A stretch of 53,815 bases of DNA from an uncultured Gammaproteobacteria bacterium (GTDB lineage: Bacteria > Patescibacteriota > Microgenomatia > PFEM01 > CAYPPS01), in the NCBI GenBank assembly GCA_964412685.1, contig CAYPPS010000001.1:11835-65649 (forward strand). The letters are read 5' to 3'. The position numbers and the translations under genes are program-made. The notes beneath the pieces are model-generated. The model was not told where the DNA came from and did not search any database. It saw only the letters and a program-made list of their open reading frames with translations. Shown one piece after another: positions 25,868-36,368 of this stretch; position 1 is the first letter of the stretch, and each line of letters opens with the position of its first letter.

Positions 25868-26854
25868 ATGGGTAACAAAAAAAGAGTTTTTTCTGGCAGT
25901 CGGCCCACCGGCAGACTTCACCTCGGTAATTACCTAGGTGGAATTAAAGGCTACATTGCTCTTCAGGAGAGAGGGGATTTGGATTGTATTTACGGAGTCG
26001 TGGATCTCCATGCGATTACCACTCCCTACAATCCCAAAGAATTGGCTAAAAATACTTATGAAGTGGTGTTAGATTATCTTGGTGCCGGTCTAGATCCCAA
26101 AAAATGTCACTTAATGATCCAATCTCAAATTCCCGAACACGTTGAACTGGCTTACTTGCTCGGGACGATTTATCCGGTTTCTCGAATTGAACAACTGCCG
26201 ACTTACAAAGATAAGAAAAAAGAGAATCCCAATTATATTAATGTTGGCCTTTTTTATTACCCGATTTTGATGGCGGCTGATATTTTGATTTATCAAGCTA
26301 ATTTGGTTCCGGTTGGTCGAGATCAATTGCCCCATATCGAACTGGCTCGAGAAGTAGCGCGTAAGTTTAACCTTACTTTTAAAAAGGTTTTTGTTGAACC
26401 CAAAGTTTTTCTTTCTGAAGGTGAGTCGGTTCCCAGTTTGACGGGAACAGGCAAAATGAGCAAGACAATCAAAGACAGTTTCATCGAATTAACCGATGAT
26501 TTGAAAACAATTGAAGCCAAGTTGGCCAAGGCACCGACTGATTCAGGAAAAGGAAGCCAGATTCCTTCTCGGAGTGGGGTGGCTAATTTACTTAAATTAG
26601 TGGCGCTTTTTGAGGGTGAATCAAAAAAGAAAGAATACGAAAAAGATTATTTATCTTCGGGAATTAAATATGCCCAATTGAAGAAAGATTTGGCCTTGAG
26701 TATTTTTGAGGAACTAAAACCAATCCAGAAAAGAAGAGCCGACTTTGAAAAACATCCTCAGCAGGTTGAGAAAATTTTGGAAGACGGGCGAAAATATTGC
26801 TCTGAAATTGCCCAAAAAACCTTGGCAGAAGCAAAACAAGCCATGGGTTTTTAG
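25868..26854 (+). CDS. trpS: tryptophan--tRNA ligase
   Basis: 328 aa. HIGH-type motif GRLHLGNYLG and KMSKS motif GKMSKT. Confidence 0.93.
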   Translation: MGNKKRVFSGSRPTGRLHLGNYLGGIKGYIALQERGDLDCIYGVVDLHAITTPYNPKELAKNTYEVVLDYLGAGLDPKKCHLMIQSQIPEHVELAYLLGTIYPVSRIEQLPTYKDKKKENPNYINVGLFYYPILMAADILIYQANLVPVGRDQLPHIELAREVARKFNLTFKKVFVEPKVFLSEGESVPSLTGTGKMSKTIKDSFIELTDDLKTIEAKLAKAPTDSGKGSQIPSRSGVANLLKLVALFEGESKKKEYEKDYLSSGIKYAQLKKDLALSIFEELKPIQKRRADFEKHPQQVEKILEDGRKYCSEIAQKTLAEAKQAMGF

Positions 26855-26895
26855 CTTCTTTTATGCCTCGCTTTGTGATAGAATAGCCCTTACTG

Positions 26896-27450
26896 ATGGC
26901 CAGATATAAAGTAGTTGATATTAACAAGGAAAATTTTGAATTGATCCCTCCGCCCGCTAGTCGGTATTTCAGTTGTCAAAAATGTTTTTATTGGATTGGC
27001 AAGAAGGACGGTCGTTTAGATCAAAAACAGCAAAAGAAAAAATGGTTTTTGAGAAGAGGAGCCGTCCACGGTAGTTTGGGCAAACTGCTTTATCCCAACG
27101 CCAAGGCTAAAGAACCGATTGCTTTTACCCAATTTGCCCCAATTCAAGAAATGAGTACAGTGGAATTAATTTATCTGCGTGAAAGAATAAAAACTCCCAA
27201 AAAAGGATGGTGCATTACTTGTTTAACTGTGAAGAAACCTTGGCGAGGCAAAGGAGTTGCGTCTAGCTTAGTTAAAACAGTTTTGAGAGATTTAAAAAAA
27301 CGAGGAGTTAAAACAGTTGACGCTTATCCAACCCTTAAGAAAACCAATCTAGGTGAGGCTCCGGTGGGACCGGTGGAAGTTTGGCTTTCTCTGGGATTCA
27401 AGGTTTTAAACGAAGGATCAGAGACTCCAATAGTCAGAAAGAAGCTCTAA
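26896..27450 (+). CDS. GNAT-family acetyltransferase-like protein
   Basis: 184 aa. CoA-binding-like WRGKGVASSLVKTVL. TGaTAGAAT lies 11 nt upstream. Confidence 0.6.
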   Translation: MARYKVVDINKENFELIPPPASRYFSCQKCFYWIGKKDGRLDQKQQKKKWFLRRGAVHGSLGKLLYPNAKAKEPIAFTQFAPIQEMSTVELIYLRERIKTPKKGWCITCLTVKKPWRGKGVASSLVKTVLRDLKKRGVKTVDAYPTLKKTNLGEAPVGPVEVWLSLGFKVLNEGSETPIVRKKL

Positions 27451-27459
27451 AATTTAACA

Positions 27460-29307
27460 ATGGCAAAAAAGAAAGCGGTCAAAAAAAGCAAGCTCCCTTT
27501 TAATTTAAAACTAAATCTTAAAAATGTTTTGATTTGGCTTTTGGTACTCTGGTTAGTGGTTTCACTTGGTTTTTCTTTTTTGAGCCAGAAAGGGACAAGA
27601 GAAGAAATTTCCCTCTCACAGGTTTTAAACGATATTAAACAGGACAAGATCAAGCAAATTGAGGTTGAGGATGATCGTTTGTATTTAGATTACGGCGATG
27701 GAGAAGTAGGAAAATTTGCCCGTAAAGAACAACAAGATACGTTTACTCAAATTTTGGGAGAGGCAGAAATCTTGCCGGAAAGTGTTAATTTCACCATTAA
27801 AGACACTTCTCTCACTCGGGTTTTGGTTGAACTTTTGGCGACGACAATCTTACCTCTAGGATTGATGGTCGCTTTTTTCTTTTTCATTTTTCGTCAAGCC
27901 AGAGGAGCCCAAGATAGCATTTTTTCTTTCGGTAAATCGAAAGCAAAATTGTTTGCCAAAGGTAAACAAACGATTGCTTTTAAAGATGTCGCTGGAGTTG
28001 ATGAGGCGAAAAAAGAATTAGAGGAAGTAGTTGATTTTTTGAAGCATCCACAAAAATATCGTCGTTTGGGAGCTCGAATTCCCAAAGGAGTTCTTTTGAT
28101 TGGTCCGGCCGGAGTGGGAAAAACATTGATGGCCAAAGCGGTGGCAGGAGAAGCGGGGGTTTCTTTCTTTTCTATGGCCGGTTCGGAGTTCATTGAAATG
28201 TTAGTTGGCGTCGGTGCAAGTAGAGTTCGGGATCTCTTTTCTACAGCAAAAAAGACCGCCCCGTCAATTATTTTTATCGACGAAATAGACGCGATTGGCA
28301 GACAACGAGGCAGTGGACTTGCTGGTGGCCATGACGAGCGAGAACAGACTTTAAATCAAATTTTAGTAGAGATGGATGGTTTTACTCCCAATGACAACAC
28401 GATCGTTCTGGCGGCGACAAATAGGGGAGATTTGTTAGATCCAGCTTTACTTAGACCAGGCCGATTCGATCGACGAGTAACTTTGGATATGCCGGACATT
28501 GAAGATCGAAAGGCGATCTTGAAAATTCATGCTCAAGGCAAACCTTTTGCTAAAGATGTTGATTGGGAAAAAGTGGCTAGGGCAACCGTCTCTTTTTCTG
28601 GAGCAGATTTGGAAAACGTTCTTAATGAAGCGGCTATTTTCGCGGCTCGGCAAAACAAAAAAGAAATTGGCATGGCTGATATTAGTGAGGCGTCCTTGCG
28701 AGTGAAGATGGGGCCAGAGAAAAAACGATTGCAATCAAAACAAGAACGGAAAATGACCGCTTATCACGAAGCCGGTCACGCGGTGGTTAGTTTCTTGCTA
28801 CCCCACGTTGATCCGGTTCATCGGGTTTCAATTGTTTCCCGGGGAATGGCGATGGGTTTTACTCTAATTCCACCAAAAAGAGATCGCTATCAAGAAACGG
28901 AGTCACAACTACAAGAAATGATTACCACTCTTTTGGGTGGTCGAGCGGTGGAAGAGATGGTCTTCAAGGAGTTTACCGTTGGGTCGAGCAACGACATTGA
29001 AAAAGCGACCATGTTGGCGCGGCAAATGGTAGTTGATTTTGGAATGAGTAGTTTGGGTCCAATTAATTTCGGCCCTCAGATGGATCAAAATCGCTATTCG
29101 CGCGGATTGATGCCCGCTTCCGAGGTAAGTCCACAAACCAAAATGAAAATTGATCAGGAAGTAAAAAAGATAATTGATAAATCTTATCGCCAGGCGAAAG
29201 AATTATTAAAGGGGAATAAGCCCAAACTGGATTTGATTGCTGAGAAGTTATTGGAAAAAGAAACGATTGAAGAAGACGAATTTGAACGTTTAATGAAAAG
29301 AAAATGA
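27460..29307 (+). CDS. ftsH: ATP-dependent zinc metalloprotease FtsH
   Basis: 615 aa. N-terminal TM helices, Walker A GPAGVGKT, Walker [12 protein letters not shown] region and Zn motif HEAGHA. Confidence 0.95.
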   Translation: MAKKKAVKKSKLPFNLKLNLKNVLIWLLVLWLVVSLGFSFLSQKGTREEISLSQVLNDIKQDKIKQIEVEDDRLYLDYGDGEVGKFARKEQQDTFTQILGEAEILPESVNFTIKDTSLTRVLVELLATTILPLGLMVAFFFFIFRQARGAQDSIFSFGKSKAKLFAKGKQTIAFKDVAGVDEAKKELEEVVDFLKHPQKYRRLGARIPKGVLLIGPAGVGKTLMAKAVAGEAGVSFFSMAGSEFIEMLVGVGASRVRDLFSTAKKTAPSIIFIDEIDAIGRQRGSGLAGGHDEREQTLNQILVEMDGFTPNDNTIVLAATNRGDLLDPALLRPGRFDRRVTLDMPDIEDRKAILKIHAQGKPFAKDVDWEKVARATVSFSGADLENVLNEAAIFAARQNKKEIGMADISEASLRVKMGPEKKRLQSKQERKMTAYHEAGHAVVSFLLPHVDPVHRVSIVSRGMAMGFTLIPPKRDRYQETESQLQEMITTLLGGRAVEEMVFKEFTVGSSNDIEKATMLARQMVVDFGMSSLGPINFGPQMDQNRYSRGLMPASEVSPQTKMKIDQEVKKIIDKSYRQAKELLKGNKPKLDLIAEKLLEKETIEEDEFERLMKRK

Positions 29308-30221
29308 CCAAAGAACGTTTAGTTCTTTTTGATGGAAACGCGATTATTCATCGGGCTTACTGGGCTTTTCCGCTTAGCTTAACGACCAAAAAAGGGGAAA
29401 TCGTCAACGCAGTTTATGGATTCTCTCGGATGTTGTTGAAAGCCTTAGAAGATTTAAAACCCAAGTTTGTTATTTGTGCTTTTGATTTGCCGGGACCGAA
29501 TTTTCGCCATCAGGCGTTTATCGGTTATCAAGCCCATCGACCGGAAATGGAAGCCGACCTTGCGTCTCAAATAGACAAGGTTCACCAAGTCGTCGAGGCG
29601 TTAGGAATTCCCATTTTTACTCAACCCGGTTTTGAAGCGGATGATGTTTTGGGAACTTTGAGCAAGTTGGCCAAGAGAAGGAGAAAAAATCTGGAAGTGA
29701 TCATTGTTACCGGGGACAAAGATATTCTCCAGTTGGTTGAGAAGAGAATTAAAGTTTTGATTCCCAATAAAGGGTTTGCCGCACCGACTCTCTTTGGGCC
29801 CAAAAAAGTCAAAGAAGCCTTAGGGGTAACCCCCGATCAAATAATTGACTATAAGGCCTTGATGGGAGATTCTTCGGACAATTATCCTGGTGTTTCTGGG
29901 ATTGGACCGAAAACTGCTTGTCAGCTCTTGGACCGGTTTTCTACTTTGGATCAGATTTACAAAAACCTGGATAAGATTGAAAGTGAATCGATCAGAAAGA
30001 AGTTAGAAGAAGGTAGAGAATCAGCTTTTCTATCGCAAAAGTTGGCCAAGATAGTAATTGATTTGAAATTGAAGCTTAAATTTAAACAAGCTCGTTTTAG
30101 CTATCAAAAAGCTACGGGAGCGGTTGAATTGTTTGAAGAATTGGGTTTTAAGAGTTTAATTAAGAGACTTCCGGGTTCTTCGGTTCGAGAGGAACGAGAG
30201 AAGCAAATGAGTTTGATTTAA
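29304..30221 (+). CDS. stand-alone 5'-3' exonuclease / flap endonuclease (Pol I N-terminal domain homolog)
   Basis: 305 aa. Motifs LFDGNAIIHRAY, TGDKDILQL, and the H3TH region LMGDSSDNYPGVSGIGPKTA. No polymerase domain follows. ATGA overlap with ftsH. Confidence 0.88.
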   Translation: MTKERLVLFDGNAIIHRAYWAFPLSLTTKKGEIVNAVYGFSRMLLKALEDLKPKFVICAFDLPGPNFRHQAFIGYQAHRPEMEADLASQIDKVHQVVEALGIPIFTQPGFEADDVLGTLSKLAKRRRKNLEVIIVTGDKDILQLVEKRIKVLIPNKGFAAPTLFGPKKVKEALGVTPDQIIDYKALMGDSSDNYPGVSGIGPKTACQLLDRFSTLDQIYKNLDKIESESIRKKLEEGRESAFLSQKLAKIVIDLKLKLKFKQARFSYQKATGAVELFEELGFKSLIKRLPGSSVREEREKQMSLI

Positions 30222-30235
30222 AACTTAACTAAAAA

Positions 30236-31342
30236 ATGAAGATTGCTTTAGTTCATGATTATTTAAGAGAATATGGCGGGGCGGAGAGGGTCTTGATGGC
30301 TCTTCACCAGCTTTGGCCGAAAAGTCCAATCTACACGGCTTTTAAGACTGGCGGTTCAACTGCTGCCAAAGAGTTTGCTAAAGCCGAAGTGAGGGAATCA
30401 TTTTTAGCCCCTTTAATTAAGCATAAAAATCTTTATAGTCCATTACGGTTTTTTGCTCCGTTGATCTGGCGTAGTTTTAACTTAGAAGATTTCGATCTCG
30501 TCATCACTTCCAGTTCTTGGTATATCACTCGAGGATTTCGAACCGGCAAAAAAACCAAAATAGTTTGTTATTGCCACACACCACCGCGCTATCTTTACGG
30601 TTATCCGACCTCGGTTGAATGGCAGCGTTATCTGCCGATCAAGATCTATGCCCTTGTTGTCAATCATTTTTTGCGACAGGTTGATTATCGAAGTGCTCAA
30701 CAAGTTGATCATTTCATCGTCAATTCTAAAAATGTTCAGAATAGGGTGAAGAAATTTTATCGTCGAGATTCGACTGTCATTTACCCGCCAGTTAAAGCAA
30801 AAGAAATTGCCCGAGCGACTAAGAACTTAAAGACGGAAGATTATTTTTTGATCGTTTCTCGATTAGTGGGGGCCAAGGGAATTGAATTGGCGGCTGAGGT
30901 TGCTAAAACAGCCAAAGTGAAAATTAAGATTGTGGGTGAACCAGCAGGGTTGCGCTGGTTGGGAGGGAAACTAGAACAGCTAAAAAATCCCTATCTAGAA
31001 TTTTTGGGACGGGTGTCCGATAAGCAGCTGTATCAATTATATGGCCGATGTCGAGCCTTTTTAGCCCTAGCAGAAGATGAAGACTTTGGGATTGCTCCGG
31101 TTGAAGCTCAAGCGGCGGGTCGGCCGGTGATTGCTTTTCGGGGTGGAGGTTTTCTGGAGTCGGTGGTTGAGGGCAAAACGGGTTGTTTTATTGATGACCT
31201 GAAACCAAAAACATTGGCTAAAACTCTAAAAGAATTTAAGACGGAGAACTATTCGTCTCAGAATTGTCGTCAGCAAGCGCTTAACTTTGACGAGAGCGTT
31301 TTTAAACAAAAGTTAAAAGAGTTTCTCAGAAAACATGCCTGA
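30236..31342 (+). CDS. glycosyltransferase family 4 protein
   Basis: 368 aa with the GT-B E-x7-E region EDEDFGIAPVEAQAAGRPVIA. Confidence 0.8.
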   Translation: MKIALVHDYLREYGGAERVLMALHQLWPKSPIYTAFKTGGSTAAKEFAKAEVRESFLAPLIKHKNLYSPLRFFAPLIWRSFNLEDFDLVITSSSWYITRGFRTGKKTKIVCYCHTPPRYLYGYPTSVEWQRYLPIKIYALVVNHFLRQVDYRSAQQVDHFIVNSKNVQNRVKKFYRRDSTVIYPPVKAKEIARATKNLKTEDYFLIVSRLVGAKGIELAAEVAKTAKVKIKIVGEPAGLRWLGGKLEQLKNPYLEFLGRVSDKQLYQLYGRCRAFLALAEDEDFGIAPVEAQAAGRPVIAFRGGGFLESVVEGKTGCFIDDLKPKTLAKTLKEFKTENYSSQNCRQQALNFDESVFKQKLKEFLRKHA

Positions 31343-32219
31343 ACTACCGGAAGTAGAAACCATTAAGAGACAGCTTGGTCAAGATTTGATTGGTCAGAAG
31401 ATAAAAATGATCAAAGTTTTGAGCCCCAAAAATTTCATCGGTGAAGTCGAAAAAGTGGTTGGTAAAAAGATAATTGGGGTTGAAAGGAGGGCCAAAGTAA
31501 TTATGGTCAAACTGGAGGGAGATTGTTGTCTTTTGATTCATCTCAAACTGACCGGTCAATTAATTTATCTACCTGTTCGGCAAACTCAAAGTTCGTCGGT
31601 CGATAAACGAATAAACTTAGATGGTAAACAGTCAGGGCCTTTTGTCGTCGGTCAATTACCGAATAATTTCACTCGGATAATTATTACTTTTGATTCCGGT
31701 CATCTTTTTTTCAATGATTTACGGAAATTTGGTTGGGTGAAAGTAGTGGAAAACTGCCAAGAAGAAAGCCAGAAGGAGTTTAAAAATTTTGGCCCAGAAG
31801 CTCTCGGCCAGGATTTTAGCTTGGCCTATTTCAAGCAAGTATTAAGTAAAAGCCGACGGGCAATCAAATTAGTTCTCCTCGACCAAAAGAAGCTGGCGGG
31901 AGTGGGCAACATTTATGCCAATGAAGCTTTGTTCATGGCCAAGATTGACCCTCGTCGTCCAGCCAACAGTTTGAGTGATTTGGAGATTAAAAAATTGCGC
32001 TTGGCTACAAGAGATGTCCTTGCTCAAGCGATTAAAAAAGGAGGAACAACTGCCAACGACGATGCTTATCGACAGGCGAACGGTAAAGTGGGTACTTTTC
32101 AAAAGTATTTGCAGGTTTATGGTCGAACGGGCCAGTCGTGTCCCAATTGTTCCGGTCAGATTGAAAGAATTAAATTAGGCGGGAGAGGGACGTTCTTCTG
32201 TTCCCAGTGTCAAAAATGA
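31335..32219 (+). CDS. mutM: formamidopyrimidine-DNA glycosylase
   Basis: N-terminal MPELPEVE and a C-terminal zinc finger, CPNCSGQIERIKLGGRGTFFCSQC. Confidence 0.92.
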   Translation: MPELPEVETIKRQLGQDLIGQKIKMIKVLSPKNFIGEVEKVVGKKIIGVERRAKVIMVKLEGDCCLLIHLKLTGQLIYLPVRQTQSSSVDKRINLDGKQSGPFVVGQLPNNFTRIIITFDSGHLFFNDLRKFGWVKVVENCQEESQKEFKNFGPEALGQDFSLAYFKQVLSKSRRAIKLVLLDQKKLAGVGNIYANEALFMAKIDPRRPANSLSDLEIKKLRLATRDVLAQAIKKGGTTANDDAYRQANGKVGTFQKYLQVYGRTGQSCPNCSGQIERIKLGGRGTFFCSQCQK

Positions 32220-33268
32220 TTATTAAAGAAATCAATCTGGAAAACTTTCGTAATCATAAACAGCGGGTGATTGAGTTTTTACCAGGAATTACCGCTATTG
32301 TTGGCCCCAATGCTTCCGGCAAGACAAATCTCCTGGAAAGCCTGTTTCTTTTGGCCTTAGGGACATCTTCGCGGACCCAAGTAGGCTCGGAAATGATTGC
32401 TCATGGCCAATCTTTAGCCCGGGTCAATTGTCAGGTTATTGATCAAGAAAAAATGACTTTAGAGGTAGTTTTAACTACCGGAGAAATCAATCAAGCCAGG
32501 GTGGCTAAAAAGAGATACCTGATTAACGGGATCGCTAAAAGAAAAATGGATTTTGTTGGTTGCTTAAAGGCGGTTTACTTTGGTCCTCAAGATTTAGAGC
32601 TAATTTTGGGCAGCCCTTCGATTAGGAGAAATTATCTTAATTCTATTCTCGAGCAAGTCGATCGCGATTATCGTCGAGCCAGTCTTTCTTATCAAAAAGG
32701 ATTAAGACAAAGAAACAAACTGTTGGAACAAATCAGAGAAGAGGGGAAACCTCGGTCAATGCTTTTTTTCTGGGATAAGCTTTTGATTGAAAACGGCCAA
32801 CTGATGACTCAAAAGAGAGAAGAATTAATCGAATCAATTAACCAATCGCCTTATTTCAAGCCAGTTGAAGTTTTCTATGACAAAAGTGTCATTTCCATTG
32901 ACAGATTAAAACAATATGAACGACAAGAAGTCGCGGCCGCGGCTACATTAGTTGGTCCTCACAGAGATGACTTTCAAATTTTTCTTAATGGTAAAAACCA
33001 AAAAAGAAGCTTACATTCTTACGGTTCAAGAGGAGAACAAAGATTGGCGGTTTTTGCGCTTAAATTGGCCGAACTTGATTTTATTACTACTCGGACAGAA
33101 ACCAAGCCGATCTTGCTTCTCGATGACATTTTTTCTGAGTTAGATCATCAGCACCGAAAACAGCTTTTTAAAATTATACCCAAACACCAAACAATTATCA
33201 CCACTAGCGATATTTACTTGATTGAACCGGAATTCAGAAAGAAGCTGACTTTAGTAAAATTCTTGTAA
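32216..33268 (+). CDS. recF: DNA replication/repair protein RecF
   Basis: The ATG at 32216 overlaps the mutM stop (ATGA). Walker A GPNASGKTN, signature YGSRGEQR and Walker B LLLDDIFSELD. Confidence 0.9.
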   Translation: MIIKEINLENFRNHKQRVIEFLPGITAIVGPNASGKTNLLESLFLLALGTSSRTQVGSEMIAHGQSLARVNCQVIDQEKMTLEVVLTTGEINQARVAKKRYLINGIAKRKMDFVGCLKAVYFGPQDLELILGSPSIRRNYLNSILEQVDRDYRRASLSYQKGLRQRNKLLEQIREEGKPRSMLFFWDKLLIENGQLMTQKREELIESINQSPYFKPVEVFYDKSVISIDRLKQYERQEVAAAATLVGPHRDDFQIFLNGKNQKRSLHSYGSRGEQRLAVFALKLAELDFITTRTETKPILLLDDIFSELDHQHRKQLFKIIPKHQTIITTSDIYLIEPEFRKKLTLVKFL

Positions 33269-33296
33269 TTCCGGCAGTTTTTTGCAAGAATAAGCT

Positions 33297-34364
33297 ATGT
33301 ACGCCCCTCGATTTTCTATTACCAACGAAACCCTTTCTAACATTGGCTTGATTGAAGCCGCTAAAGAAGTAATTGAAAACTCGCCCCTAATCCCAGTTTA
33401 TGAGGCTCGGTTTGTCAAAGAAGCGATTGTTCGTTCAGTTCATCACGGGACCCACATAGAAGGGAACGATTTGACCTTGGGTGAAGCCCGGAAAATAATC
33501 GAGGGAGAAACAGTTGTCGCCAGAGATAGAGATGTTCAAGAAGTGATTAATTATCGAAAAGTGCTTGATTATCTTGAAGGTTTGATTAGAAGCGAGAATG
33601 GCCGACCCAATTATAACCAATTAATGCTGAGGAAAATTAATGCCCTTGCTTGTGAAAGAGTGATCGAGGATGGTCGGGCGGGAGAGATCAGACAGACTCA
33701 GGTAGTTTTGAAAAAGAGCGGTACTGGTGAAGTAGTTTTTCGGCCTCCGGCGGCGGTGGAGGTGCCTTTTTTGCTGGAAGATTTTTTTGCCTGGCTGAAT
33801 TCTGCTGAAGGCAAAAAACTGCATCCGGTAATTAAAGCTGGAGTGGCTCACTACGTTTTAGTCGCCATTCATCCTTTCATTGAGGCCAATGGTCGAACGG
33901 TTCGTGCTTTTGCCACCTTGATCCTTTTTGCCGAAAATTATGACATTAAAAGGTTCTTTTCTTTAGAAGAATATTTCGATAAAGATGCCTATCATTATTA
34001 TCGGGCGATGATGGAAGTTGATCGGCAATCGGAAGACTTGTCTCAACGAGATTTGACTCCTTGGTTGGAATATTTCACTCAGGCGATGGCAGTGGAATTA
34101 ACTCGGGTTAAAGAAAAAGTCAAACAGCTTTCTTTTGACGTTAGGCGAAAAGCTAAAACTGGCGACCAAATCCGCCTCAATGAACGCCAAATGAAACTGA
34201 TGGAATACTTACAAGAAAAAGGCAACGTTTCTATGTCAGAAGCAAGAAAGATAGCGCCAAATTACTCTCCCGATACCTTGACTCGCGACTTTAATTTTTT
34301 TGTTAGCAAGGGTATAGTTAAAAAAGAAGGAAAAACCAAAGGAGCGAGATATCTTTTGAAATAA
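33297..34364 (+). CDS. Fic-family protein with C-terminal wHTH-like domain
   Basis: 355 aa. The Fic motif is HPFIEANGRTVR, a variant of HPFx[DE]GNGR with Ala replacing Gly. Confidence 0.85.
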   Translation: MYAPRFSITNETLSNIGLIEAAKEVIENSPLIPVYEARFVKEAIVRSVHHGTHIEGNDLTLGEARKIIEGETVVARDRDVQEVINYRKVLDYLEGLIRSENGRPNYNQLMLRKINALACERVIEDGRAGEIRQTQVVLKKSGTGEVVFRPPAAVEVPFLLEDFFAWLNSAEGKKLHPVIKAGVAHYVLVAIHPFIEANGRTVRAFATLILFAENYDIKRFFSLEEYFDKDAYHYYRAMMEVDRQSEDLSQRDLTPWLEYFTQAMAVELTRVKEKVKQLSFDVRRKAKTGDQIRLNERQMKLMEYLQEKGNVSMSEARKIAPNYSPDTLTRDFNFFVSKGIVKKEGKTKGARYLLK

Positions 34365-34380
34365 AGACCTAAGATTTTAA

Positions 34381-34575
34381 ATGGAAACAACTGATCCGCA
34401 ATTCCTTTATTTAGCTTTAGTTTTGCCTAGCCTGTTCGGTTTAACTTTGATTGGCGAAGGCTTGAATAAGGTTTTAAAAAATGAAAATCAAGGCCTCATC
34501 TCTTTAATAATCGGCCTTCTTTTTATTTGCTTAGTCGTCTTTATTTATTTTTTCCTGTCCACCAGTTTTAATTGA
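34381..34575 (+). CDS. small membrane protein (64 aa, two TM)
   Basis: Hydrophobic ORF. TAAGAT lies 5 nt upstream of the ATG. Confidence 0.45.
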   Translation: METTDPQFLYLALVLPSLFGLTLIGEGLNKVLKNENQGLISLIIGLLFICLVVFIYFFLSTSFN

Positions 34576-36323
34576 AAAAAAGAGAAATGACTTTTGAAAA
34601 ATTGGCTTTAGTCTGGCAACAACTAGAGCAAACTAACTCTCGTTTGGAGATCACTCAGATATTGGCTGATTTGTTAAAAAAAGCCTCTGAGGAAGATGTG
34701 GGCAATGTTTGCTATTTGAGTCTAGGCAATTTGGCTTCGGAATATCAGGAAATCGACTTTAATTTAGCTGAAAAAATGATGATGAAAGTAATCGCTCAAG
34801 CCAGTGGTCAACCGGTGGAAATAGTTAGAAAAAAGTTTAAGCAGGTCGGTGATTTGGGTGAGGTGGCCGAAAGTTTTGCCAAACAAACTAATCGTTTCGA
34901 TCTTTTTAAGAAGAGCGAGTTGACGGTTAATCAAGTCCATGATCGTTTATTAGACGTGGCGACCCAAGAAGGTGAGGGGTCGGTAGAAAGAAAAGTGGGG
35001 AAAATGGTGGCCTTGCTGGAAGATCTTTCTTCGCCTCAAGCAGTTCGTTACGCTGTGAGGATCCCGATTGGCAAATTAAGGCTGGGTTTTTCGAGCTTGA
35101 CGATCTTGGACGCTCTTTCTTGGATGCTTACGGGTGACAAGTCAAAACGAGAAGAGATTGAAGCGGCTTACAATGTCAAGGCGGACGTAGGAGAGATTGC
35201 TAAATTAGCCAAGCGAGGAGGCTTAAAAACAATTCAAAAAGCGAGAATGAGCTTGGGAGTGCCCATCAAACCGGCTCTTTGCCAACGAATTGACACCGCT
35301 AAAGAAATTGTCGAAAAAATGGGTCAAGTGGCGGTTGAACCGAAATATGACGGTCAGAGGCTGCAGATCCATTGGGGTTTAGAAGGAAAAGATAAAGTGA
35401 GAATCTTTACTCGTAATTTGGAAGGAGTGACTAGTATGTTTCCTGACTTGGTTCAAGCTCTAGGTAAAGAACTTAAGGCCAAAAAGGCTATTTTGGATGG
35501 TGAAGTAATCGGCTACGATCGCAAAAAAGGTAAATATTTACCTTTTCAGGAGACGATTAAAAGAAAAAGGAAATATGGCATCACTCAAGCGATTAAAGAT
35601 ATTCCTTTGCAATTAGTTTGTTTCGACTTGCTTTATCTAAATGGTAAGGATTTAATTCAAACCGACTTTGATAAGAGAAGAAAAGAACTAGAAAAAATCT
35701 TACCCAAAGAAAACAAAACGATTGTTGTCTCACCGCAAATCTTGACTGATGAGCCGGGAAAATTAATTTCTTATCATTATCAACAAATCAATCAGGGCTT
35801 GGAAGGAATCGTGGTTAAAAAATGGCGAGCGCCTTACGATCCAGGGAAAAGGAATTTTACTTGGGTGAAATTGAAACAGGAGAAAGGTAAAAAGGGCGGC
35901 GGTCTGGCGGACACTTTGGATTGTTTGATTATGGGCTATTATCGGGGTAAAGGAAGAAGAGCTGGTTTCGGTATTGGCGGTTTTCTGGCGGGGGTAAGAG
36001 TGAAAGATAAGTACCTCACTCTTTCCAAAATTGGTACAGGATTAACCGATAAACAATGGCGGGAACTTAAAAAGAGAGCTGATCAGCAGAAAACAACTAA
36101 AAAACCCAAGCAATATCAGGTTAGTAAAGATCTGGCTCCGGATGTTTGGTGTCAGCCGGCGATTATGGCGGAAATCGAAGCAGACAATATTACCAAATCA
36201 CCTCTTCACAGTGCCAAGCTGGCTTTAAGATTTCCCCGACTGAAGAGTTTTAGAGACGACAAAAACCCCAATCAAACGACAACAATTGAAGAAGTGAAGA
36301 AATTATACGAGTTGCAAAAATAA
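34572..36323 (+). CDS. ATP-dependent DNA ligase (archaeal/eukaryotic Lig1-like, with N-terminal DNA-binding domain)
   Basis: Motif I EPKYDGQR, motif III LDGEVIGY, motif IV CFDLLYLNG, motif V EGIVVKK, motif VI LRFPRLKSFRDDK. The start is either the TTG at 34572 or the ATG at 34587. Confidence 0.9.
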   Translation: MKKREMTFEKLALVWQQLEQTNSRLEITQILADLLKKASEEDVGNVCYLSLGNLASEYQEIDFNLAEKMMMKVIAQASGQPVEIVRKKFKQVGDLGEVAESFAKQTNRFDLFKKSELTVNQVHDRLLDVATQEGEGSVERKVGKMVALLEDLSSPQAVRYAVRIPIGKLRLGFSSLTILDALSWMLTGDKSKREEIEAAYNVKADVGEIAKLAKRGGLKTIQKARMSLGVPIKPALCQRIDTAKEIVEKMGQVAVEPKYDGQRLQIHWGLEGKDKVRIFTRNLEGVTSMFPDLVQALGKELKAKKAILDGEVIGYDRKKGKYLPFQETIKRKRKYGITQAIKDIPLQLVCFDLLYLNGKDLIQTDFDKRRKELEKILPKENKTIVVSPQILTDEPGKLISYHYQQINQGLEGIVVKKWRAPYDPGKRNFTWVKLKQEKGKKGGGLADTLDCLIMGYYRGKGRRAGFGIGGFLAGVRVKDKYLTLSKIGTGLTDKQWRELKKRADQQKTTKKPKQYQVSKDLAPDVWCQPAIMAEIEADNITKSPLHSAKLALRFPRLKSFRDDKNPNQTTTIEEVKKLYELQK

Positions 36324-36368
36324 AATGGCCATTTGGATTGAAGAGGAATGGTAAAATAATTGATATAA

